Under the pieces are notes generated by a model. It was not told the origin of the DNA. It saw only the letters and a list, made by a program, of their open reading frames with translations, and did no database searches. DNA of 64,000 bases from Alphaproteobacteria bacterium (GTDB lineage: Bacteria; Pseudomonadota; Alphaproteobacteria; GCA-2731375), in the NCBI GenBank assembly GCA_965232515.1, contig CBDDPY010000002.1, forward strand, positions 1,184,001-1,248,000. The letters run 5' to 3'. The translations under genes and the position numbers were made by a program. Below are positions 19,833 to 28,177 of this stretch, in pieces (position 1 is the stretch's first letter; each line of letters opens with the position of its first letter).

Positions 19833-20540
19833 ATGCAAGACAGCACAGTTACGCCGGCATCCACGGCATCGACCCATGTTTATCGCGTCGGCACGGCGAG
19901 TGCGCTGGCGCTCGGCGCCGGGTTGGCGGGCCTGAGCGAAGCCCAGGCGACCGTCATCCTGACCGATGTCAATGCCGAGGTCTCGGACGACGTCCAGGAC
20001 TTTGACGTGAACGACGACGGCATTGACGAACTGACGATCCAAGACCTTGACGGCGAGTTTGCGAGCGCGGAAGGGGGGCCGTCGTTGAAGGTGGCGTTCA
20101 CCTTCCTCGACCCGGACAAGCCGTTTTTTCTGACTCGGTTCGATTACGGCGACACGATCGGGGCCGCGACCTTTGGCCCCTCGAAGAAGGAAGCCTTCTT
20201 TTATAAGAAGTCTTTCTTCGTCAAGGGCAAAGGCAAGATCGACACTCAGGGTTTAAGCCCCTGGGAAGATGGCGAACGCGGCTTTTTCGGAATCTTCATG
20301 CCCGAGGGCACGATCAAGAAAGGCGGCTATTTCGGCTATGTCGAGGCACAGTTCTCGCCCGGCAACACCGTGACGATCTTCCGGATCGGCTTCGAGGACG
20401 AACTCAATACGCCGATCACCATCCGGAACGCCACGCAGGTGCCGGCGCCGGGCGGCATCGGCCTGCTGGCGCTGGGCGCGGCCGGCATCCTGGCCTACCG
20501 CCGGCGGCAGCGGAAGCAGGCGGTAACGGCCGCGGCTTGA
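19833..20540 (+). CDS. Secreted protein with PEP-CTERM-like (VPAPG) sorting tail, paralog 1
   Basis: Signal peptide ending AQA; C-terminus QVPAPGGIGLLALGAAGILAYRRRQRK. Confidence 0.85.
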   Translation: MQDSTVTPASTASTHVYRVGTASALALGAGLAGLSEAQATVILTDVNAEVSDDVQDFDVNDDGIDELTIQDLDGEFASAEGGPSLKVAFTFLDPDKPFFLTRFDYGDTIGAATFGPSKKEAFFYKKSFFVKGKGKIDTQGLSPWEDGERGFFGIFMPEGTIKKGGYFGYVEAQFSPGNTVTIFRIGFEDELNTPITIRNATQVPAPGGIGLLALGAAGILAYRRRQRKQAVTAAA

Positions 20541-20543
20541 GCC

Positions 20544-20809
20544 TGTCGGCAAGCTTTACAAACCACCCGACGACGACGTCCGCCGGCCAAACGTTGGCCG
20601 GCGGCAATCTAGGTCGTTGAAAACAAAGGCTTATTAACTTTTCCTGTTGGCCTGCAACAAGTAAGACGGCCGCGATTTCGAACGATTTTGCGGCCGTTCG
20701 GGATGGAACCGTGTCGGGATATTTTACACCGGGCCGAGAGACGCGAGCCATGCCCGCGTCGTAACCCATTGATTTAATTGAACTACGTCAAGCTGGTACG
20801 GATTTTGCG
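20544..20809 (+). promoter_or_regulatory. Sigma54 promoter module copy 2
   Basis: TGTCGGCAAGCTTTACA 20544-20560; TGTCGGGATATTTTACA 20712-20728; TAACCCATTGATT 20762-20774; CTGGTACGGATTTTGC with GG 20795-96 and GC 20807-08. Confidence 0.82.
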
Positions 20810-20914
20810 GAGAATTCGGCAGCTTGGTTAACGATGTCCGAGCCGGCATACATCGGATTCGAATTGGCGTCGCGTTCCGTCGCGTTGCCAGCGCAAGGGG
20901 GTAAACTTTCGACC

Positions 20915-21598
20915 ATGCAGGATAGCAACACCACGACGGCAGCCACGACATCGGCCAATCTCTACCGCGCAGGAACGGCGGGCGCGCTGGCAATCGGCGC
21001 CGGCCTGGTCGGATTGAGCGAGGCCCAGGCGGACGTCATTCTGACCGACTTCAATGTCACGATTACCGACGACTTCGAATTGTTCGACGTGAACGATGAC
21101 GGCGAGAACGAACTGGCCATCACAGACGAAACGGGCGTGTATTCCTCTGCGAAGGGATTTAGCGGAACGTTCTTTGCCGTCGATTCTTTCGGTGCACCCA
21201 AGGCGGTTTTTCTGACACGGTTCTATTACGGCGATACGATCGATAAGAGCAGCTTCTCCCCCGCCGGTAGAAGTGGCCTTTTCTATAGTTCGTTTCCGGA
21301 TTTTGCAGGTAAAAGCCCCTGGGAAGACGGCGAGCGCGGATTCTTCGGTTTTGCGGTTCCCTCGGACCTGGATCAAGAGGGCGTCTATTACGGTTATGTC
21401 GAGGCGCAGTTCTCGCCGGGCAACACGGTGACAATCTTCCGGATCGGTTTTGAGGACGAGCTCGGTACGCCGATCACCATCCGCGACCCCAACGCTGTGC
21501 CGGCGCCGGGCGGCATCGGCCTGCTGGCGCTGGGCGCGGCCGGCACGCTGGCCTACCGCCGGCGGCGGCGGAAGCAGGCCGCCGCGGCCACGGCCTGA
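20915..21598 (+). CDS. Secreted protein with PEP-CTERM-like sorting tail, paralog 2
   Basis: MQDSNTT..SEAQA signal; AVPAPGGIGLLALGAAGTLAYRRRRRK tail; homologous to its neighbours. Confidence 0.85.
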   Translation: MQDSNTTTAATTSANLYRAGTAGALAIGAGLVGLSEAQADVILTDFNVTITDDFELFDVNDDGENELAITDETGVYSSAKGFSGTFFAVDSFGAPKAVFLTRFYYGDTIDKSSFSPAGRSGLFYSSFPDFAGKSPWEDGERGFFGFAVPSDLDQEGVYYGYVEAQFSPGNTVTIFRIGFEDELGTPITIRDPNAVPAPGGIGLLALGAAGTLAYRRRRRKQAAAATA

Positions 21599-21734
21599 GC
21601 CTGTCTGTTCGGCGCGGGCGCGTCTTGCCGAGCACAATCGTGCTTGGCCAACACGGTCCCAATCGGGACGAAGCGGGTTCGAATTGGCGTCGCGGCTGAC
21701 CGCGTTGCCAGCGTAACAGGGGAAGCTTTCGACC

Positions 21735-22406
21735 ATGCAGGACAGCAAGACCACCACGACGGCCACGGCATCGGCCGATCTCTACCGCGCGGGCGCGGCG
21801 GGCGCGCTGGCGATCGGCGCCGGCCTGGCCGGATTGAGCGACGCCCAGGCGGCCGTCATCCTGACCGACGTCAACGCCACGATCACCGACGATTTCCAGA
21901 CGTTCGACGTAAACGATGACGAGGTGGACGAACTGGGCATCGGCGACAACACAGGCGCGTTTTCGTTTGCGAAGGGACTTGGCGGGACGTTCGTTGGCGT
22001 CGACTTTTTCGGTCTGCCGAAGCCGTTTTTCCTGACGCAATTCGATTACGGCGATACGGTCTCGAAGGAAACCCTTGTCGTCGGCACTATGAATGGCTTC
22101 TTCTACAAGTCGTCTAAGGCAGGCAAAAGCCCCTGGGAGGACGGCGAACGCGGCTTCTTCGGATTTGCGGTTCCGTCCGACATCGATGGACTAGGCGTCT
22201 ATTACGGTTATGTCGAGGCGCAGTTTTCGCCCGGCAATACGGTGAACATCTTCCGGATCGGCTTCGAGAACGAGATCAATACGCCGATCACCATCCGCGA
22301 CCCCAACGCGGTGCCGGCGCCGGGCGGCATCGGCCTGCTGGCGCTGGGCGCGGCCGGCACGTTGGCCTACCGCCGGCGGCAACGCAAGAAGGCGGCAGCG
22401 GCCTGA
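21735..22406 (+). CDS. Secreted protein with PEP-CTERM-like sorting tail, paralog 3
   Basis: MQDSKTT..SDAQA signal; AVPAPGGIGLLALGAAGTLAYRRRQRKK tail. Confidence 0.85.
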   Translation: MQDSKTTTTATASADLYRAGAAGALAIGAGLAGLSDAQAAVILTDVNATITDDFQTFDVNDDEVDELGIGDNTGAFSFAKGLGGTFVGVDFFGLPKPFFLTQFDYGDTVSKETLVVGTMNGFFYKSSKAGKSPWEDGERGFFGFAVPSDIDGLGVYYGYVEAQFSPGNTVNIFRIGFENEINTPITIRDPNAVPAPGGIGLLALGAAGTLAYRRRQRKKAAAA

Positions 22407-22502
22407 TTCCGTTCGGCGCACGCCACCCAAGACACAGATACGCCGTCGCCGCAAACCGCGGCGGCGGCTTGACGTAGTTCCGGACGCTTCCCTGCTGGCG
22501 GC

Positions 22503-25106
22503 ATGAGCGAACGACTGACCAAACGGGTATTGCTGCTCGGCTGGGACGGCGCGGACTGGAAGGTGATCCAGGCGCTGCTCGACGCCGGGCGGATGCCGAA
22601 CCTGGAGCGGCTGATCGACCGCGGCGTGATGGGCAACCTGGCGACGCTGCAGCCGATCCTGTCGCCGATGCTGTGGACCTCGATCGCCACCGGCAAGCAT
22701 GCCGACCAGCACGGCATCCACGGCTTCATCGAGCCGCGGCCCGACGGCGCCGGCGTGCGGCCGGTGACCAGCACCTCGGTCCAGGCCGAGCCGCTGTGGA
22801 GCATTCTCGAAAGCCAGGGCCTGAAGAGCGCCGTTGTCGGCTGGTTCGCGACTTATCCGGCCGACCGGGTCGCCGGCATCGCGGTCAGCGACCTCTACTG
22901 CAACGCCCGCGGCGCCAGCTTCGACGACTGGCCGCTGCCCGACCGCATGGTCAAGCCGGCGCGCCTGACGGACGTGATGGCCGACCTGCGGGTGCATCCG
23001 AGCGAAATCGAGGCCGGGCAGGTGCTGCCGTTCATTCCGCGGGCGCCGGAGATCGACCAGGAGGCGGACGAGCGGCTGGCCGCCTTCGCCCGGTTCATGG
23101 CCCGCTGCGCCACCGTGCACGGCGCCGGCACCTATGTGGCCGAGCACGAGGACTGGGACCTGCTGGCGGTCTACTACGAAACCGTCGACCGGATGTCGCA
23201 CTGGTTCATGGAGTACCACCCGCCGAAGATGCGGCACGTTATCGAGCAGGATTTCGAGATCTATCGAGAGGTGATCGACGGCATCTACCAGTTCCACGAC
23301 CAGACGCTGGGCCGCTACATGGAGCTGGTCGGGCCGGAGACGACGATCGTGATTTGCTCCGACCACGGCTTCTACAGCGACCATCTGCGCCCGCCGGTCT
23401 CGGCCAACATGCAGACCGGCAATCCGGTGCTGTGGCACCGCGACCTCGGCGTGTTCGTCGCCAGCGGTCCGGGCGTCAAGCGGGACGAGCTGGTGTTCGG
23501 CGCCTCGATCCTGGACATCGCGCCGACCGTCTTGACCCTGCTCGGTCTGCCGGTCGCGCGGGACATGGAGGGCCGGGCGCTGACCCAGATCCTGGCCAAC
23601 GATGTCCAGCCGGAACGGATCGGCAGCTATGGCGCGCCCGACGCGGCACCGGCGACCTACGAGGACCCGGGCGAGGCGCAGGCGGCGCTGACGCAGCTCG
23701 CCGAGCTCGGCTATATCGAGACGGTCTCGGACGACGCCGAGCTGGCGGTCGAGCGGGCGCTGATCCAGCAGCATCTCAATCTCGCCGACGTGCACCTGAA
23801 CAAGCGCCAGTTCAAACGGGCGATCGAGCACCTGGAGGCGTGGCGCAAGCTGGCGCCGGAAAACCGGCGCGCGCTTCTGAAGCTGGCGCAGTGTTATCTC
23901 GGGCTCGGCGAATTGGACGAGGCCCGCGCGATCCTCGACAAGCTCTTGGGCCGGGACCGCGACGGGCCGACCGCCAACCTGCTTTACGGCCAGCTGCTGT
24001 TTCGCGAGGGCAAGGACGACGACGCGCTGGCGCATTTCGAGCGCGCGGCCACGTCCGGCGCCAACAACCGCAACCTGCAGGCCCAGATCGGCCAGGTGCA
24101 CTTACGCGGGCAGCGCTGGCCGGAGGCGGACGCGGCGTTTCGCCGGGCGCTCGAGATCGACGCCGATTTCGCCCGCGCGCATCATGGGCTCGGCGTCGCG
24201 CTCTATGGCCAGGGCCACTACGAGGACGCGGTGAACACGCTGCTGCGGTCGATCGGCCTGCTTTATCACCAGCCGCTGGCGCATTACCACCTCGGCATCG
24301 CGCTGGCCGCGAGCGGCCGGGTCGGCAACGCGGTCGAGGCGCTGAACAACGCGCTGAAGCTGGCGCCGAACCTGGCCGTGGCCCAGAAGGCGCTGGCGCA
24401 GCTCGACCGCGACACGCGCAAGGCGGTGAAGGCCGAGATCCTGCGCGTGCAGACCATGCTCGACGAACGCGACGCCGAGGCCGCCGATGCGCCGGCGGCA
24501 GCCGAGAAGGCCGCGGTTTCGGACGAGGCGGCGATCACCGTGGTCTCAGGCCTGCCGCGTTCCGGGACCTCGATGATGATGCAGATGCTGGCCGCCGGCG
24601 GCATGCCGGTGCTGACCGACGATCAGCGCGCCGCCGACGCCGACAATCCCAAGGGCTATTTCGAGCTGGAGGCGGTGAAGCGGCTCGAGACCGAGACGAC
24701 CTGGCTGGCGGACGGCGTCGGCAAGGCCGTCAAGATCATCTATTCGCTGCTCTACCACCTGCCGGCGGACCGCGCCTACAAGGTGCTGTTCATGCGCCGC
24801 GACATCGACGAGGTGCTGGCCTCGCAGGCCGACATGCTGGCGCGCGCCGACAAGGCGGGCGCGGCCGAGCCGGCGAAGCTCGCCGACGCCTTCCGCCAGC
24901 AACTGGCGCGCATCGAGGCCTGGCTCGCCGGGCAGCCGAACATCGACGTGCTTTATGTCGATCACCGCGACGCGGTCGACGACCCGGCCGCAACGGCAGC
25001 GCGGGTAGCTGCGTTTCTCGACGCCGGTGTGGACGCGGCCGCCATGGCCGCCGCGGTGGACGGCACGCTCTATCGCCACCGCGGAGATGCGTCGTCGGCC
25101 CCTTAA
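22503..25106 (+). CDS. Fusion: alkaline phosphatase superfamily (phosphodiesterase/NPP-like) + TPR repeats + sulfotransferase
   Basis: LLGWDGADW, LSPMLWTSIATG, CSDHGF, SILDIAPTVL; multiple TPRs; VVSGLPRSGTSMMM (PAPS 5'-PSB) and FMRRDIDEVLASQ (3'-PB). Confidence 0.85.
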   Translation: MSERLTKRVLLLGWDGADWKVIQALLDAGRMPNLERLIDRGVMGNLATLQPILSPMLWTSIATGKHADQHGIHGFIEPRPDGAGVRPVTSTSVQAEPLWSILESQGLKSAVVGWFATYPADRVAGIAVSDLYCNARGASFDDWPLPDRMVKPARLTDVMADLRVHPSEIEAGQVLPFIPRAPEIDQEADERLAAFARFMARCATVHGAGTYVAEHEDWDLLAVYYETVDRMSHWFMEYHPPKMRHVIEQDFEIYREVIDGIYQFHDQTLGRYMELVGPETTIVICSDHGFYSDHLRPPVSANMQTGNPVLWHRDLGVFVASGPGVKRDELVFGASILDIAPTVLTLLGLPVARDMEGRALTQILANDVQPERIGSYGAPDAAPATYEDPGEAQAALTQLAELGYIETVSDDAELAVERALIQQHLNLADVHLNKRQFKRAIEHLEAWRKLAPENRRALLKLAQCYLGLGELDEARAILDKLLGRDRDGPTANLLYGQLLFREGKDDDALAHFERAATSGANNRNLQAQIGQVHLRGQRWPEADAAFRRALEIDADFARAHHGLGVALYGQGHYEDAVNTLLRSIGLLYHQPLAHYHLGIALAASGRVGNAVEALNNALKLAPNLAVAQKALAQLDRDTRKAVKAEILRVQTMLDERDAEAADAPAAAEKAAVSDEAAITVVSGLPRSGTSMMMQMLAAGGMPVLTDDQRAADADNPKGYFELEAVKRLETETTWLADGVGKAVKIIYSLLYHLPADRAYKVLFMRRDIDEVLASQADMLARADKAGAAEPAKLADAFRQQLARIEAWLAGQPNIDVLYVDHRDAVDDPAATAARVAAFLDAGVDAAAMAAAVDGTLYRHRGDASSAP

Positions 25107-25177
25107 ATTTCGGTGTCGACATCGGCAACCGATGGCCGATCCTTCGAGACGCGCCCGATCGGGCGCTCCTCAGGATG

Positions 25178-26352
25178 GAGACCTTTGCACGGTTTTGGGA
25201 AGCGTGATTCACTGACGGTATAGGGGCTGTCGGTGAGGGTTTGAGATGTCTCGCAAGCGTGTTGGTCAGCTGGGGTTTGAGGACGCGGTTGTCGAGGCGC
25301 GGCTTGGCGCTCGGTTCGATCGGCTGTCGAAGATCAATGATCTTGTGGACTGGCGGCCGTTTGAGGCGCTGCTGGAGGGGCTTTATCCGTCGCGTCGGGG
25401 CGAGCCGTCTTATCCGGCGCTGATCATGTTCAAGGTGCTGCTGTTGCAGCGCTGGTACAATCTGTCGGATCCGATGATGGAGGAGGCGTTGGCGGACCGG
25501 ATCTCGTTCCGTCGGTTTGTCGGTCTGAGCCTGAGCGATCCGGTTCCCGATCACTCGACGATCCACCGTTTCCGGGACCGTCTACGCGGGGCGGCGCGTC
25601 TTGAGGCGCTGATGGGGGAGTTGTCGCGTCAGCTCGAAGCGCACCAGGTCGTGCTCAAACAAGGCACGTTGATTGATGCCAGCCTGGTGAGCAGCGCGGC
25701 GCGGCGGCCTCGGATCAAGGAAGGCCGGACCAGCCGGACCGATCCGGATGCGCGCTTTGGCACCAACAACGAGCGCCGGCGCTATAGCTTTGGCTACAAG
25801 CTGCATGTGGCCGTGGATCAGGGCTCGGCGCTGATCCGCGGCCTGTTTCTGACGCCGGCCAATCGCCAGGAGATCGACTTTGCCGCCGATTTGGTTCAGG
25901 GCGACGAGCAGGCCGTCTATGCCGACCGTGGTTATGACGCCCGGCGCCTGCGCGATCATCTGGCGGCGCTCGGCATCGCCGACGGGGTCATGCGCCATGC
26001 CCGTAAAGGCAGGCCGCTCAACGCCGAAGAGACCGCCCGGAACCACCGGCTGGTGGCCCGGCGCCGACCGGTCGAGAAGATCTTCGGCACCCTCAAACGA
26101 AGCTACCGCCTCAGCCGCCTGCCGCATTTCAGCCAAGCACGCAACGAAGTCACCGTCACGCTCGCCTGTTTCGCCTACAACCTGCGACGCCTCGCCGTCC
26201 TCTGCGCAACTTGAGGCCGCTCGATATCGACCTCATCGACAGCAAACAGGCCTCAAGCCGGTCAGCGGCTCGAAAACAGGCGCGATCGCCGCTAACAACC
26301 CAGCGCCAAGCTCGAACATAGCGACAAACAACACCTACCGTGCAAAGGTCTC
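25178..26352 (+). mobile_element. IS5-family insertion sequence (ends resemble IS1106), about 1175 bp
   Basis: Perfect terminal IRs GAGACCTTTGCACGGT / ACCGTGCAAAGGTCTC; flanking direct repeat CAGGATG (25171-77 and 26353-59). Confidence 0.93.
25246..26214 (+). CDS. IS5 family DDE transposase
   Basis: LLLQRWYNLSD, VPDHSTI, IDASLV, GYKLHVAVD, YADRGYD, RRPVEKIFGTLKR. Confidence 0.95.
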   Translation: MSRKRVGQLGFEDAVVEARLGARFDRLSKINDLVDWRPFEALLEGLYPSRRGEPSYPALIMFKVLLLQRWYNLSDPMMEEALADRISFRRFVGLSLSDPVPDHSTIHRFRDRLRGAARLEALMGELSRQLEAHQVVLKQGTLIDASLVSSAARRPRIKEGRTSRTDPDARFGTNNERRRYSFGYKLHVAVDQGSALIRGLFLTPANRQEIDFAADLVQGDEQAVYADRGYDARRLRDHLAALGIADGVMRHARKGRPLNAEETARNHRLVARRRPVEKIFGTLKRSYRLSRLPHFSQARNEVTVTLACFAYNLRRLAVLCAT

Positions 26353-26466
26353 CAGGATGAGGTTTGCGTTTGATATCAGTGCCCGACCTCATGCTGAGGA
26401 GGCCCCGTAGGGGCCGTCTCGAAGCATGCAATATGGAGTTGCAACGGCGGCTTCAAGCCGGCGTCG

Positions 26467-28005
26467 TCAGCGCAGCCACTTCTCGACTTCGTGGCGCTGG
26501 ATCTTGCCGGTGGTGCTGCGGGGCAGGTCGTCGACGGCGACGAAACGGAATTCCTTCGGCTGCTTGTAGCCGGCGAGCGCCTGGCGGCAGGCCTGGGCCA
26601 GCGTGTCGGCCGTAAGCGTTGCGTCGTTGGCGGCCACGAACGCCACCGGCACCTCGCCCCAGCGGGCGTCGGGTTTACGCACGACGACGGCGTCGTCGAC
26701 CCGGGCGTCGGCCAGCAGCACGCGCTCGATCTCGGCCGGGTAGATGTTCTCGCCGCCCGACTTGATCAGGTATTTGACGCGGTCGACGAAGTCGAGCGTG
26801 CCGTCGGGGTTGCGCACGAAGGCGTCGCCCATGTGGAACCAGCCGCCGCGGAAGTCCTGGGCGTTGACCTCTGGCGCGTTCCAATAGCCGCTGAACATGG
26901 TCGGGCCGCGGACCGCGGCCTCGCCGGGCTGGCCGTCGGGCACGTCGTTGCCGTCGGCACCGACCAGGCGTAGATCGCACATCGAGCTTTGCCGCTTCGA
27001 CAGCGAGTCCGGCACCACGCCGACGGGAATCTGGCCGGCCGACGCGGGCGGTGCGCCGGTTTCCGTCGCGCCGAAGGTGTTGGCGTAGGGCGCCTGCAAC
27101 AGCTCCGTGATCTCGGCAATCTGATGCCGCGGCACGAGATCGGCCATGGCGCCGATCAGCTTGATGCCGGCGGGCTTGAGATTGCGTTTCTTCACGGCCT
27201 CGGCGACCTGCTCGATCATGCCGGGCATCAGGATCAGCCACCAGATCGGCTGGGCGGCGGCGAGGTCGGCCAGCCGGTCGGGATCGAAGCCGTCGACGAT
27301 CACCAGCTTGCCGCCGGAACAGAGCATGGCGATGCCCTGGTCGGTCGAGGCCATGTGGAACATGGGTGGCCAGGCGACAAACGTGTCGCCGGGCGTGAGC
27401 CGCATGTCGAGGCTGAGGAGCTGCAGGCGGGCGAGCTCGGCGCGGTGGCTGATCAGCGCGCCCTTGGGCAGGCCGGTGGTGCCGCTGGTGTAGATGATCA
27501 CCAGGCCGTCCTCGGGATGGACGGGAACGCCGGGCTCGCGGTCGACGGCGCGGTTCAACAGCTCCTCGTAGGCCGACCCCAGCTCGACAATGTGCGTGAG
27601 GCCGTGCTCGACGGCCAGGAGCTGATCGCGATGGCGCGGCGAGACCAGGGCCACATTAGGCGTCGTCAGCTGAATGCAGTGCTCGAGCTCGGGCGGGGCG
27701 AGGCGCCAGTTGAGGGCGCAGAAGATGGCGCCGAGCTTGCCCGCCGCGAAAGCCAGCTCCATGTACTCGGCACGGTTTTCCGACAGGATCGCGACCCGGT
27801 CGCCATGGCCGACGCCGAGGCTGGCGAGCGCGTTCGCCAAGCGGTTCACCCGCGCGTTGAAGTGGGCGTAGGTGCAGGTCCGGTCGCCGTCCTCGATGGC
27901 GACGGCATTGGGCTGGATCCGGGCCCGGACCCGAAGCAGATCGCCGATGGTGACCTGCGACGACGCGGCGACGGGCGCCGTCGGCGAATGCGGTGTCTCG
28001 TTCAT
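26467..28005 (-). CDS. Acyl-CoA synthetase (AMP-binding)
   Basis: YTSGTTGLPKG, FGATE, WFHMGD, SGGENIYPAEIE. Confidence 0.9.
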   Translation of the reverse strand: MNETPHSPTAPVAASSQVTIGDLLRVRARIQPNAVAIEDGDRTCTYAHFNARVNRLANALASLGVGHGDRVAILSENRAEYMELAFAAGKLGAIFCALNWRLAPPELEHCIQLTTPNVALVSPRHRDQLLAVEHGLTHIVELGSAYEELLNRAVDREPGVPVHPEDGLVIIYTSGTTGLPKGALISHRAELARLQLLSLDMRLTPGDTFVAWPPMFHMASTDQGIAMLCSGGKLVIVDGFDPDRLADLAAAQPIWWLILMPGMIEQVAEAVKKRNLKPAGIKLIGAMADLVPRHQIAEITELLQAPYANTFGATETGAPPASAGQIPVGVVPDSLSKRQSSMCDLRLVGADGNDVPDGQPGEAAVRGPTMFSGYWNAPEVNAQDFRGGWFHMGDAFVRNPDGTLDFVDRVKYLIKSGGENIYPAEIERVLLADARVDDAVVVRKPDARWGEVPVAFVAANDATLTADTLAQACRQALAGYKQPKEFRFVAVDDLPRSTTGKIQRHEVEKWLR

Positions 28006-28177
28006 GGCACGGCCCTCGATCGGTCAAACCTGCTGTCTACGTGCGCCCGAACCGAAACGATACACAAGGACATGCTACACGCCATAGAGGTTGGAAGTGC
28101 GGCGGAACGGCCGCATAATCCCCTCAGTTGAATAGTTCGATCAAAGGAGGCGTATCTAACAATCAGGGAGGCGTACG

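Larger units (their letters stand above)
25139..26427. repeat. REP-like palindromic element interrupted by the IS
   Basis: Left arm ATCCTTCGAGACGCGCCCGATCGGGCGCTCCTCAGGATG|AGGT; right arm ACCTCATGCTGAGGAGGCCCCGTAGGGGCCGTCTCGAAGCAT (26386-26427) is its near reverse complement. Confidence 0.75.

Noticed and set aside
21599-21734. Third sigma54 promoter copy
   Set aside because: Only GAGCCTGTC and the UTR hairpin are retained; no TTTACA box, IHF site or convincing -24/-12 was seen, so read-through from paralog 2 is more likely
19833-22406. Diversity-generating retroelement or CRISPR explanation for the repeats
   Set aside because: No reverse transcriptase or cas gene, no adenine-specific TR/VR pair and no short repeat-spacer periodicity; the repeats are whole-gene tandem duplications
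22673-25207. 844-aa alternative-frame ORF, and similar long Arg/Ala/Pro-rich ORFs (e.g. 49534-52008, 22191-24101)
   Set aside because: High-GC shadow ORFs overlapping well-supported genes, with no recognisable motifs
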